A stretch of DNA of 64,000 nt from Phycisphaerales bacterium (GCA_965227775.1 OZ245777.1:2688001-2752000); one strand, 5' to 3'. Positions 28,249 to 37,689 are shown, counted from the first letter of the stretch. Notes: generated from the letters alone by a model not told the origin. Numbers and translations are program-made.

Positions 28249-29700
28249 TCAGTACGCCCGCTGGATCTCCGCACCCGGATAGAAGTTCAGCAAGATGCGG
28301 TCCGCGTCCCACCCGCGCTTGGCGAGCGCCTGGGCGCTGAATTGGCACATGCCCACGCCGTGCCCGAAGCCGCGGCCGCGGATGACCATGCGCGAGCCGG
28401 CGGCGGTCACCTCGAAGTCTCCGCTGCGCACGCGCTCCTCGCCACCGACATCCTTGAGGCCACGCGCATCGGCGTTGAGCGCGATGCGAAGCTGCTCACC
28501 GCTCAGCAGGTGCGACACGCCGTTACGTTCACCCACGCGATACTGGGCCGGCCGCCCCACGCGGTTGGTGCGCGCCACCTGAATGTTCGTGACGGCCCGC
28601 GCGTTCTTGAGCGAGTGGCCCGCGCGCTCGCCCCACGCCCGCAGCCGCCGGGTCACATCGTCGGTCGATCGCACCACCTGCCAGCGATGGAAGCGCGACG
28701 CGTCGCTCGCGTGAACCGCCACGCCGACCACGCCCGCCTGCAACGGCGGCGCCAGGTTGTACTCAAAGCCAGGGCCCGTCGGCCAGGTGTCGGCGGCCGA
28801 GCCGCTGCGCCCGCCGCTGGTGCTGCTGTAGTAGGCCCGCAGCACGCCGCCGCCATACGCCAGCACGCGGCCGCGCGTGTTGATCGCCGCGCGGATCGAC
28901 TGCTCGTGCTTGGTGTGCCCCGGATAGGCCTGGTCGATCACGCCGCTCTCGACCTGCCACGCCCGCCCGCGGCGGTCGGCCAGCGCCATAGAGTGCAGCG
29001 CATACGAGCGGGCCGCGATGCACTGGGCCTCGTACGCGGCCAGGTCCCACGAGGGATACAGCTCGCGCGACGCGACGGCCGCCACGTACCGGTCCAGCTC
29101 CAGCTCGTTGATCGCCTGCACGCCCGAGGCCGAAGCGCTCAGACGCACCACGCCCGCGTACTCAACGCCCTGCACGGCAATCGTCGGCGCGTCCTTGTAC
29201 CAGCCCATCGTGCCGGTGCTGCCGGCGGCCGGGTCGCGCGGGTCGGCCGATTCGAGATCAACCTCGCCATTGACGCGATGCGTTGCGCCGCCCGGCTCGG
29301 TAAGCGTCAGCGTGCCACCCGTGGCCCGGGCAAGCAGCGGCGTGCGATAGATCTTGATGCCGCCCGCCGGATCTCGTGCCAACACGAGCCGCGCGCCGGC
29401 GATGACAATCTCGTCGGTCGGCTCGACGATGCGCACGCGGATTGGCGGCTCGCGCCCTATCCACACGCTCGAGACCTCATAGCCGCCCGTCGTCGAGCCA
29501 CCGCTGCCCGGCCCAAGCACGGCCCGCGTGCGCGAGGGCCACTCGCAGCTCGCCGCCACCAGGCTGACGATCAGCCCCATCGCCAGCAGCACGGCCATCG
29601 TGCCCGAACCCGGGTGCGCCAGGTGCGCACGCGCCAGGCCCGACGGACCGAAGAGGCCGTGGTACGCCTTGCTCCCTGCTTTCCGCATGGGCTGGAACAT
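28249..29700 (-). CDS. SpoIID/LytB-domain peptidoglycan lytic transglycosylase (possible lipoprotein)
   Basis: INEL....Y...V...E, EAQ.IAARSYA, DQAY.G, YSSTSGG, GRGFGHGVGMCQ..A...A..G....IL..YPG. Start set at MFQPM, uncertain. Confidence 0.88.
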   Translation of the reverse strand: MFQPMRKAGSKAYHGLFGPSGLARAHLAHPGSGTMAVLLAMGLIVSLVAASCEWPSRTRAVLGPGSGGSTTGGYEVSSVWIGREPPIRVRIVEPTDEIVIAGARLVLARDPAGGIKIYRTPLLARATGGTLTLTEPGGATHRVNGEVDLESADPRDPAAGSTGTMGWYKDAPTIAVQGVEYAGVVRLSASASGVQAINELELDRYVAAVASRELYPSWDLAAYEAQCIAARSYALHSMALADRRGRAWQVESGVIDQAYPGHTKHEQSIRAAINTRGRVLAYGGGVLRAYYSSTSGGRSGSAADTWPTGPGFEYNLAPPLQAGVVGVAVHASDASRFHRWQVVRSTDDVTRRLRAWGERAGHSLKNARAVTNIQVARTNRVGRPAQYRVGERNGVSHLLSGEQLRIALNADARGLKDVGGEERVRSGDFEVTAAGSRMVIRGRGFGHGVGMCQFSAQALAKRGWDADRILLNFYPGAEIQRAY

Positions 29701-29916
29701 CCTGCTCCTGGCGATCGCCTTCGGTGGCGACCGTTGCTGCACTCTGGCTCGTTTCGTCGGCCTTCTTCTATGAAGAGGACGAGAAAGCTTCCCTTTCGCA
29801 CCCGCCGCACGCAAGCGTAGTAGCCGTTGCGGCCCGGGAGCGTGTGAGGGGGTTGTCCGGGGCTGTCGCTTGGGGGTACCATCGATCTGGGCCGCGAACG
29901 GGACCGGGAGGGACCC

Positions 29917-31095
29917 ATGTCGATCGCCGGCGATCCGAAGCCGATGTCCGCCGACAGCCGACCGTCGGCCCGGGCCATACTCGCGCTCACGCTGGTGCCA
30001 GAGCTTGGCCCGCGCCGCATCCGCCGCTTGGTCTCGATCATGGGCGGCCCCGAAGCCGCGCTCTCGGCTTCGCTGGCGGATCTGGAGTCGATCCCTTCGG
30101 TCGGAGCACCACTGGCTCGCAAGCTGTCGGCGGGCCTGAAGAACGCCCGAGCCGAAGCCGACGCCCGCTTCGAGCACGCGATGGAAGCCGGCATGCAGCT
30201 CGTGCCGTTTGACCATCCCGACTATCCGCCCCAGCTTGCCGGCGACGAGCACGCGCCCGTGCTGCTCTACGTGCGTGGATCGATCGAAGCCCTTCGGCGC
30301 GACGGCGTCGGCCTCGTGGGCGCACGCAAGTGCTCGGCGTACGGAGTCGATCAGGCCGGCCGCTTCGCGGGCGTGCTGGCCCAGGCCGGCTGGTCGGTCG
30401 TCTCCGGCGGCGCTCGCGGCATCGACACCGCCGCCCACCACGCGGCCCTTCGCAGCGGCGGCACAACGGTCGCCGTTTTGGGATGCGGGCTCGATCACGA
30501 CTACCCCGCCGAGAACGCGGACCTGTTCAACACCATCGCCGAATCGGGCGGCGCCGTCGTGTCCGAGTTGCCCATGCACTGCCGGCCCGAGGCCAAGAAC
30601 TTCCCGGCCCGCAACCGCATCATCGCGGGGCTCTCCATGGGCATCGTCGTCGTCGAGGCCGGCGAGAAGAGCGGCGCACTGATTACCGCACGCCTGGCGG
30701 GCGAGATGGGCCGCGAGGTCATGGCCCTACCGGGCCGCGTTGACGTGCCGACCAGCCGCGGCTGCCACGCCCTCATCCGAGACGGCGTGACGCTGGTGGC
30801 CTGCCCCGCCGACGTCGAGGAAGCCATTGGCACAATTGGGGATCGACGGGAGCCTCCACCAGACCTGTTCGGTGCCTCTTCGGAACATGAAGGGCTCCGG
30901 TCGGGAACCGACGGCGAGCGGACCCCGAACAGCATGGAGGACCGCGTGCTCGACGCACTGGCGGAGGCTTTGACACTCGACCAGCTCTGCGAGCGGCTCG
31001 AGGCAGCCCCCGAGCAGGTGCGGGCAACGGTCACACTGCTGGAAATCCGGCGACGGATCCGGCGGGAGGGGCTCCGGCTTGTTCGGAGCAGATAA
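29917..31095 (+). CDS. dprA: DNA-processing protein DprA
   Basis: YP..L, LYVRG, VG.R..S.YG, VSG.ARGID..AH, FP.RNRIIAGLS, EA.EKSGALITA; winged-helix tail. Confidence 0.95.
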   Translation: MSIAGDPKPMSADSRPSARAILALTLVPELGPRRIRRLVSIMGGPEAALSASLADLESIPSVGAPLARKLSAGLKNARAEADARFEHAMEAGMQLVPFDHPDYPPQLAGDEHAPVLLYVRGSIEALRRDGVGLVGARKCSAYGVDQAGRFAGVLAQAGWSVVSGGARGIDTAAHHAALRSGGTTVAVLGCGLDHDYPAENADLFNTIAESGGAVVSELPMHCRPEAKNFPARNRIIAGLSMGIVVVEAGEKSGALITARLAGEMGREVMALPGRVDVPTSRGCHALIRDGVTLVACPADVEEAIGTIGDRREPPPDLFGASSEHEGLRSGTDGERTPNSMEDRVLDALAEALTLDQLCERLEAAPEQVRATVTLLEIRRRIRREGLRLVRSR

Positions 31096-31143
31096 GGATA
31101 TCTGCGAGGGCCAGAACACGGCCTGGGAGCCGCTGAGGCGGGT

Positions 31144-31172
31144 TTGATATACGGGAAATGGATTGCTACAGT
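31144..31172 (+). promoter_or_regulatory. Sigma70-type promoter upstream of lexA
   Basis: TTGATA-17 nt-TACAGT with an extended TG, in an AT-rich island. Confidence 0.6.
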
Positions 31173-31707
31173 AATCCAAACAAATATCCGAAAATAAATC
31201 GAACAGTTTCGCGACCACCATCCGATGAACCTGGCATGATCGCCCACCCCAGCCAACTCGAAGACAGCCATCAGCACGACCTGGCCGACGCCGCAGAGGC
31301 GCTCGTTGTGTTCGGCCCGGGCGGCACATTTGTCCGCCCCATCGGCGCGGGCAGCGAGGGTTTGCTGGATACATCTGAGCAGTCGATTCAACCATCGCCC
31401 AGCCAGGGCTGGAGGGAGATCCTGGCCGAAGTCGCGGGCCTTGCGCTCGCGGCCCTGCGATTGGGCGGACTCATCGACCGATCCGCGAAGCGACCAAACC
31501 AATCGAACGTGATCCGGGCAACGCCCGGGCATCTGGAGGGGGCGACCGTCACGACCGTTGTGGCCGCGTGGCGCCCGGAGAGCATGATCAACACGCCCGC
31601 GTCGGGGTGGCCGAAGGCCGCCGCCGGCATGGGAGCAACGCCGCGTGAGGCGGCCGAGGGACGCGTGCCCGAGGTCGTTGTGCGGCGAGAGGACGAGGAA
31701 CGCACCC

Positions 31708-32322
31708 ATGAACCTGACACCCAAGCAGCTTCGCATCCTCCGGCTCATTCGCGACTGGCGAATCCGCCGCGGCTATTCGCCAACGATGCAGGAACTCGCC
31801 GACGAAATCGGCGTCAGCAAGGTGACCGTGTTCGAGCACGTCGAGGCGCTCATCAAGAAGGGCGCCCTGGTGCGCGAGCCCAACAGGGCACGCTCTTTGT
31901 CGATCGCTGAGGGCGTCTCGGTTCCAGACGAGTCCCGCCCGTTCCGCTACCCGCTTGTCGGCAAGATCGCGGCGGGCTATCCGATCGAGAAGGTCGCCGA
32001 CAGCGACGAGATCGACCTCCAGCAGCTCGTTGGCAACCCGTCGGATTCGAGCCGTTCGATGTTCGCCCTGAAGGTCGACGGCGACTCGATGCGCGACGAG
32101 GGCATCCTGGATGGCGACTACGTGCTCATCGAGCGCAGCCCGACGGCCCACAACGGCGACCGTGTCGTGGCCCTGCTGCCCGACGGCGCGACCACGCTGA
32201 AGACCTTCTTCCGCGAGTCGGACCACATCCGCCTGCAGCCGGCCAACCCGGACTTCGAGCCCATCCGCGTCAAGCACTGCGAGGTGCAGGGCGTCGTCCG
32301 CGGTGTCATCCGCAGGTACTAG
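31708..32322 (+). CDS. lexA: LexA repressor
   Basis: LTPKQ..IL..I.....GYSPT..ELA; Ala-Gly cleavage site (IAAG); GDSM Ser; TLK Lys; LQPANP. Confidence 0.95.
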   Translation: MNLTPKQLRILRLIRDWRIRRGYSPTMQELADEIGVSKVTVFEHVEALIKKGALVREPNRARSLSIAEGVSVPDESRPFRYPLVGKIAAGYPIEKVADSDEIDLQQLVGNPSDSSRSMFALKVDGDSMRDEGILDGDYVLIERSPTAHNGDRVVALLPDGATTLKTFFRESDHIRLQPANPDFEPIRVKHCEVQGVVRGVIRRY

Positions 32323-32340
32323 TCCCCCCGCGTCCACCAG

Positions 32341-33078
32341 CTACCCGTTTTCGCGAAGCGTCGGCCACACGGCCCTGGCGATCACGAGGTCTTCGGGCCT
32401 CGTGATCTTCGCGTTGCGCACGTCGCCCTCCACGAGCATGACCGGCTCACCCAGTCGCTCGACGAGCTGCGCGTCATCGGTGCTGCACAGATCATCCTGC
32501 GCATAAGCCCGAGTAACGAGCTCGAGCGAGAAACCCTGGGGCGTCTGGCACGCAAAGAGCCTCCCACGATCGACAGTTTGCTGCACCAAGCCCGGAGCAC
32601 CCGGAGCGTCAGTTTGGCTCGCACGCTTGAGCGTGTCGGCAACCGGAATCGCCGGCACGACCGCGGACGAGTTACCGAGACCATCGATCACCCGTCGCAC
32701 AAGCCCCCTCGACGCGCAAGGACGGGCCGCATCGTGCACCAGCACGGCGTCGACCGGCGGCTCATTAGCTGCGAGATACTCAAGTCCCGCCTTCGCCGTC
32801 TCGTACCGCTCGGCCTTGCCACCGGAGCAGATCATGACACCAAGCGGAGAGAGGGCCCGCTCGTGCCGATCACGGAATGCCGCGAGTGCCTTCGGATCCG
32901 CCGGCCCGGCCACCACGATCGACCCGATGCCCGGCTGCTCGACAAACGCCTCGACGGCCCGATGCAAGACGGGCTCGCCGTGCAAGTCCTGGTCGAGCTT
33001 GCTGCCCGACGCACTGCCGAAGCGCGTGCCCGAGCCGGCGGCACAGATGATGACGGCAACGCTGGCGGGCAGAGGCAT
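32341..33078 (-). CDS. ispD: 2-C-methyl-D-erythritol 4-phosphate cytidylyltransferase
   Basis: AAGSGTRFG, GG..R.ET, VLVHDAARP, QTPQGF, TDDA, N.KIT.PEDL. Confidence 0.92.
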   Translation of the reverse strand: MPLPASVAVIICAAGSGTRFGSASGSKLDQDLHGEPVLHRAVEAFVEQPGIGSIVVAGPADPKALAAFRDRHERALSPLGVMICSGGKAERYETAKAGLEYLAANEPPVDAVLVHDAARPCASRGLVRRVIDGLGNSSAVVPAIPVADTLKRASQTDAPGAPGLVQQTVDRGRLFACQTPQGFSLELVTRAYAQDDLCSTDDAQLVERLGEPVMLVEGDVRNAKITRPEDLVIARAVWPTLRENG

Positions 33079-33209
33079 CGGCCAGTGTATGGATTGGCGA
33101 GGCGGAATGGGCGATGTTGAAAGGCTGGTTCATGGAATGCGGCCCGAAGGCGGGTCGTCATCTATGATCTTGGTCTGCGGGCCCAGCCAGTGGGCCGATT
33201 CGACATTTT

Positions 33210-33557
33210 GGGGCCGATATGGATTCGATCGGACGTGTGAGGCATGGTGTGGCGCGTCGAGAGGTGTGCTCTTCTCGTAACCGGCACACAAAACCAACAA
33301 CTGCCGAACCGCAGTACGCTCTGGCTGCTTGACGTAGCCCGTCCCCCTCCCGACGCCCGATAGGGAAGGGGGACGACGACATCGGGCTGGTCGACGCGTG
33401 GCGCCTCCGGGCGCGTCGGCGAGGAGGTTCACCGGTGGCTGGGCCGAAGGCAAGGGCGTCGGCGCCCGTGCACAGGCCGAGATCAAACCGCCGACTACAC
33501 GCGTAGAGGCGCCATGGCTGCCGATCCGACACGGGGGTTCGATTCCCCCCGGCTCCA
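33210..33557 (+). ncRNA. ssrA: tmRNA (one-piece), tag peptide (A)AEPQYALAA
   Basis: 5' GGGGCCGATATGGATTCGA and 3' GGGGGTTCGATTCCCCCCGGCTCCA form an Ala acceptor stem with G3.U and a T-arm. Tag ORF GCC GAA CCG CAG TAC GCT CTG GCT GCT TGA at 33303-33332. CCA not fully encoded. Confidence 0.95.
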
Positions 33558-34790
33558 CTTTTCAGACCCGCTGTACCGAGGTGTCTCACCTTGTCTCAGC
33601 GTGTGTCTAACCTGCTGCGGACGCGCGGTTTCCGATGGCATCGCCACGGCCCCCGCTGTCTCCGCATGTGTCACGATGTCCCTCTTTGGTCCAATCGCGC
33701 CTGTGCGCCCGCCTGCGTCAATGTCCAGGGCAGGCAAGTGCTGGATGGCGGCGTGGAGGTTCAGCCCTAGGCCATCCGTGTAGACCTCTTGGGCGATCTT
33801 CGGAGAGCTCAAGCGGGCGAGACGTTGTACCACAGATGGCTCCACCCCGGATGCTTGGGCCTGCGTCACGAACGAATGACGCAGTGAATGGGCGGAACGA
33901 TTGCGGCCGTGCCGATCCGCACGTGGGATGCCCGCCCGCTCGAGGTCTTTCTGAAATGTCCGGCGCGTAACCCGGTTCGGACATACGAGATCGTCGGCCT
34001 GCCTAGCACGGCACCTGACTCTCAAGGGGTGGAGAAGGCATGGATGCAATGCGATCGGATCAAATCGACGGGCTTTGCTTGCGGCGGCTGGCAAGAGCAC
34101 CCAGGGCTGTTCAACATCGAGATCGAGATCCCTGACCCGCAGCCGCTGCAGTTCGGCCTGGCGAAGCCCGGTGTAGAACAGCATTGCGTACACGAGGCTT
34201 CTTGCCGGATCAACGGCGATTAGGCGTTCCACTTCCCCGAAAGAGAAAACGCTCTTCTCTTCTGTCCTTTTGGCGGCGCCACGAAGCGGTCTCACTCTGG
34301 CGATCGGGTTCTCGTCCAGCAGTCCATCACGCTCCAGCCAGTTGAAGAACGCGACTACAGCCTGCCTGTAGTGATTAGCGGTCTTCGCTGAGCCTTCGTA
34401 GCCTTCCAACCACTTGCGAAGGCCGGCGGGGCTCGCGTCGCAGATCTGCCTCCACTTGAGGTCGTTGAAGATTCGTTCCAATCGTTGGCGAGACTTTCGC
34501 ACGTGCTCGACGGTCCGGTTCTGGCCGCGTCTCAGACTCACCAGATAGTCATTGACCAGCGGCGGAAGTTCGGCCTGCCTGTAGTCTGCTTCCGCAATAC
34601 CTCCGCGTCGGGCTTCTTCCTGCCGAACCCACTCCCAGCCTAGCTTGACAGCTACGTCCTTGCGGGTGACTCGAAGCGCCTTTCGCTTCGGCTTGTGGTC
34701 ACCCGCGAAACGGTGCTCGGCCGTGTAGTACCGAGAGGCCTCGGACTTGTGGCTGGATCCACGCTTTCGCTTAGGCCGAAACACGTTCAT
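33495..34790 (-). CDS. Tyrosine recombinase/integrase whose ORF spans attL
   Basis: SAM-like domain (TANHY...FFNW), YTGLR..EL, HSLRHSF, QEVYT nucleophile. The stop codon lies inside the tmRNA gene. Confidence 0.92.
   Translation of the reverse strand: MNVFRPKRKRGSSHKSEASRYYTAEHRFAGDHKPKRKALRVTRKDVAVKLGWEWVRQEEARRGGIAEADYRQAELPPLVNDYLVSLRRGQNRTVEHVRKSRQRLERIFNDLKWRQICDASPAGLRKWLEGYEGSAKTANHYRQAVVAFFNWLERDGLLDENPIARVRPLRGAAKRTEEKSVFSFGEVERLIAVDPARSLVYAMLFYTGLRQAELQRLRVRDLDLDVEQPWVLLPAAASKARRFDPIALHPCLLHPLRVRCRARQADDLVCPNRVTRRTFQKDLERAGIPRADRHGRNRSAHSLRHSFVTQAQASGVEPSVVQRLARLSSPKIAQEVYTDGLGLNLHAAIQHLPALDIDAGGRTGAIGPKRDIVTHAETAGAVAMPSETARPQQVRHTLRQGETPRYSGSEKWSRGESNPRVGSAAMAPLRV
33530..33557 (+). 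repeat. attL core (28 bp)
   Basis: cacgggggttcgattccccccggctcca, identical to 38780-38807. Confidence 0.95.
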
Positions 34791-34984
34791 CGAACTCGCT
34801 CACGCTTTTCACTACGCATCACTAGGGCAGTGATTGCCTCCCGGGGGATGAGCCTTCGAGCACCGATGCGAAACGACGGCAGCTCCCCCTGGGCAATGAG
34901 TCGATAGACTGTTGAACGACTCACTCTGAGCATCATGCCCGCCTCAGGCACAGTACACGCAATGGACTCAGCGACCTTGGTCAT
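34787..34984 (-). CDS. Excisionase-like HTH_17 protein
   Basis: TVPEA..ML.VSRSTVYRLI..GELPS.RIG.RRLI; ATGA overlaps with both neighbours. Confidence 0.88.
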   Translation of the reverse strand: MTKVAESIACTVPEAGMMLRVSRSTVYRLIAQGELPSFRIGARRLIPREAITALVMRSEKRERVR

Positions 34985-35328
34985 CGCTTCTTTCTCCTAT
35001 TGCGCTCCTCAGCTTGCTCTGCTCTCACCTTGTCTTTGATACGACGCATCTTGCCGGCGGAGTCTTTAATATCAGCAGGGAGTTCGTCGCCGATCAGCTT
35101 GGCGATGGCGACGAAGATTTCTGGTCTGGCGAGAATCAGGTCCTGAACTGCCCGCTCCACGGGGCCAGCTTTGCGAACTTCGGCTAACCAGCGCTCTTTG
35201 TCTTCTAGGGCCTCTTCAACGGCTTTCTCGATAAACGCGGTCCGGGTCATTTCAAACTCGCCAGCAATCGCGTCAAGTCGCTCTAGAGTCTCTTGTTCCA
35301 TCTTGATTGAGACTTGGGCCCTAGCCAT
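34981..35328 (-). CDS. Ribbon-helix-helix (CopG-like) repressor
   Basis: QVSIKM....LERLD.IA......RT.FI..AVEE.L. Leaderless ATG at 35328. Confidence 0.8.
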   Translation of the reverse strand: MARAQVSIKMEQETLERLDAIAGEFEMTRTAFIEKAVEEALEDKERWLAEVRKAGPVERAVQDLILARPEIFVAIAKLIGDELPADIKDSAGKMRRIKDKVRAEQAEERNRRKKR

Positions 35329-35335
35329 GACACAC

Positions 35336-35364
35336 AGCGTACTACGTCGTAATACGCTTGTCAA
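35336..35364 (-). promoter_or_regulatory. Element promoter TTGACA-17-TACGCT with overlapping 23-bp palindromic operator
   Basis: -35 at 35364-35359 and -10 at 35341-35336, 7 nt before ATG. AGCGTACTACGTCGTAATACGCT (35336-35358) is a near-perfect inverted repeat. Confidence 0.8.
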
Positions 35365-35370
35365 GTCCGA

Positions 35371-36528
35371 GTGCTAGCGTTGGCTATCGCAGCTGAACTT
35401 AAGCACGTTGTTTGGGAGCTTTCCATGGAGACGAATGCCGGCCCGTCCGAGACACCGCCCAAGGGACACCCTCGGCGCGTACCAAGTCGGCGGCGCCAGC
35501 CCATTCGCATAGCTGGCAAAGCGGCTCAGAAACTGCTTGCCAAGCCAGGAGTAGTGGCAATGTCACTACTGATCATCTGGATAGTCATGGGAATCGGGAC
35601 GTTGGTGCTCGGGGTTTTGGCGGACACGTTCTGGCCAGAGAGCAAACTGAGTCCGGGCAGCTTGGGTGACATGTTCGGGGGAGCGAACTCTCTATTTAGC
35701 GCGTTCGCGTTGCTAGGCGTTGTAGTTGCCTTGCAATATCAAGTTCGGGAGTATCGCCTCGCGAGGGAGCATAGAGCTGATGACTTGAAGCAACAGGAGG
35801 CCATTGCCTTGGCCCAGCGAGAGGCAGCATCGTCGCAGTTGCTTGCCGCAAGAACAGCAGCACTGAGTCCCTGGTCAGCCCTGCTTGATCCGGTAATGAG
35901 TCAGAGGATCATGAACCTGGCGTCTTTGCACGAAGTGATTCCATGGTCGCTTGACCAGAACGATTTGGACAGATCGAAAGGATTTCTCTATACATTTCTC
36001 GCAGAAAACAAGCCCCCATTGTCTGAGTTCGGCCCTGCAATCGAGTATCTGACACCTTTCTACAAGGATCATGGCACGCATCTTCATGTTCGCAACATCA
36101 GGCACGATCTGGTCGAGTGCTCCGATGCAGTGCTGAACATTCGTCCCGCAATGACATTTGGCCTCATACCGATCGACCTCCTCGCGAAAGAACTTCCGGT
36201 AAGCGTGTGTTTCCTCCTCGTATCTTTTCAGAGAATGAACAACTGGACTGCAAAAGAACGTCACCTAAGGTCAATTGCTTTAGAACTGCAACGCCATCGC
36301 CTTGAAGCTATTGATCAGACGGCGGCACCCGAGCAGTTCAAGCTTGCCAGAGCAGAGTCCCAGTTCCTGAACAACCTCTACCTGCCTTATGTAGACAGCT
36401 ACTGGCGGGACAACAAGCAGCCGTCCCAACAACTGATCGATCGCCTCATCAAGCAGCGCGATGATATTGAGGAGCAACGAGATTACGTGGCAGACCTTCC
36501 TAGGCTGCGAGCCCTGGGCGACGCATAA
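35371..36528 (+). CDS. 2-TM cargo protein, N-terminus resembling putative abortive-infection membrane proteins
   Basis: TM - GSLGDMFGGANSLFSAFALLGVVVALQYQ..E - coiled coil - ~230-aa soluble domain; AT-richer. Start uncertain (35425 or 35560 possible). Confidence 0.6.
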   Translation: MLALAIAAELKHVVWELSMETNAGPSETPPKGHPRRVPSRRRQPIRIAGKAAQKLLAKPGVVAMSLLIIWIVMGIGTLVLGVLADTFWPESKLSPGSLGDMFGGANSLFSAFALLGVVVALQYQVREYRLAREHRADDLKQQEAIALAQREAASSQLLAARTAALSPWSALLDPVMSQRIMNLASLHEVIPWSLDQNDLDRSKGFLYTFLAENKPPLSEFGPAIEYLTPFYKDHGTHLHVRNIRHDLVECSDAVLNIRPAMTFGLIPIDLLAKELPVSVCFLLVSFQRMNNWTAKERHLRSIALELQRHRLEAIDQTAAPEQFKLARAESQFLNNLYLPYVDSYWRDNKQPSQQLIDRLIKQRDDIEEQRDYVADLPRLRALGDA

Positions 36529-36549
36529 AGTCCATCCGACCGAGTCTCC

Positions 36550-37689
36550 CTAAGCAGTTTCATGTTCAGCCACGACCAACCACTGCCCTGCCTGCTCAAC
36601 AACAGGGCGCGGCAAACAAGGGCGAACGAACTCTCCCGCGATCAACGCGTCAAACACGGCGCCAACACTCGATAGCCCCGTACGATTACGAATCGCTTCA
36701 AGGGTGGGGCCGACGCATCCTGCCAGCCACTTCCTGTATCCCTGGAGATCAGTGGGAGCCCTAGGACTGCAGGCCCGAACCCCTACCGCCTCCTTGCACC
36801 ACACCGACCACCACTCGAGCCGCTTCCTCTCACTGATCGTCCTGTTGCTCGTGCTCGGATATCTAAAGTCCACTGCTGCCACCAACGATTGCACAGCCAT
36901 GGCTTTCCAGTTTTCAGCACTGACACAGCCATGCAAGATTGCAGTCGCTGTAGATCCCTTTGTCTCAACTTCGTATCGCAGCCAAGAGCCCTCGGGCAAT
37001 GCGTCCTGCTGAAGCCCCTTGTCATACCAGCGAACGAAATAGCTGGACTGACGCGACCCCATCTCAAGCCCAAGCCCTACCCGATGATCGGGCTTGGCTG
37101 CGAGGCCAGGCTCATGTGGTTTGAATTGACGTGCCCGACACAAACAGCCTGACTTGCAAGCCTCGATTGCCTGCGAAATGAACGGCAGCTGTAGCCCATA
37201 TTGATCTCTCCGAACGTCCAGCCGGGAGCACTTCAGGCTCAAGCTTCCCCATAGTCGTCGTATCACCGCAAGACACTGGCGATGCTCTCGTGCCCACGCA
37301 TCTCCGGGAAGCTGGAGCATCCATGAGTCGTGGCCAGCACGATGTCCCCACGCCAGTATGCCCCCTACATCCAGGTCTACCGCTTTCTTATAGAACTTCA
37401 CGCCTCCGTCACGGTTCACGAGTTTGACACCGAGACTACCGAGAAGATCTCGCGCACTGTCAAGGTCAGCAGTCGCTCCCGTTAGTGTGACCCAATCGAA
37501 ACCAACTTCATCTATGAACACTTGTCCAGGAACACAGTCTTGGCCTCCCCACCTCTCTTCGAGATTCTGACCCCTGTAATACTCAGCAGGGGTCAGGGCC
37601 GACGGGCCGCCGGCGGCCGGACGCTCCGCGTCCGACCCGCTCGGCGACCTCGCACTAGAACGGGCACTCATCGCTTCGATATGATCCAT
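36550..37689 (-). CDS. Rep_trans (PF02486-like) rolling-circle initiator / MOBT-type relaxase
   Basis: FDWVT.T, L.L.G, SRLDVRRD, GSRQS..FVRWYDKG, WLRYEVE.K motifs; GGAGGTG RBS. Confidence 0.85.
   Translation of the reverse strand: MDHIEAMSARSSARSPSGSDAERPAAGGPSALTPAEYYRGQNLEERWGGQDCVPGQVFIDEVGFDWVTLTGATADLDSARDLLGSLGVKLVNRDGGVKFYKKAVDLDVGGILAWGHRAGHDSWMLQLPGDAWAREHRQCLAVIRRLWGSLSLKCSRLDVRRDQYGLQLPFISQAIEACKSGCLCRARQFKPHEPGLAAKPDHRVGLGLEMGSRQSSYFVRWYDKGLQQDALPEGSWLRYEVETKGSTATAILHGCVSAENWKAMAVQSLVAAVDFRYPSTSNRTISERKRLEWWSVWCKEAVGVRACSPRAPTDLQGYRKWLAGCVGPTLEAIRNRTGLSSVGAVFDALIAGEFVRPCLPRPVVEQAGQWLVVAEHETA

Noticed and set aside
31158..31910. 250-aa ORF upstream of and overlapping lexA
   Set aside because: Overlaps lexA by 200 nt in another frame, starts inside the promoter and has no recognisable motif; not called as a CDS.
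33192..33204. gggccgattcgac just upstream of ssrA resembling its 5' end
   Set aside because: Too short to distinguish from chance; no supporting structure.
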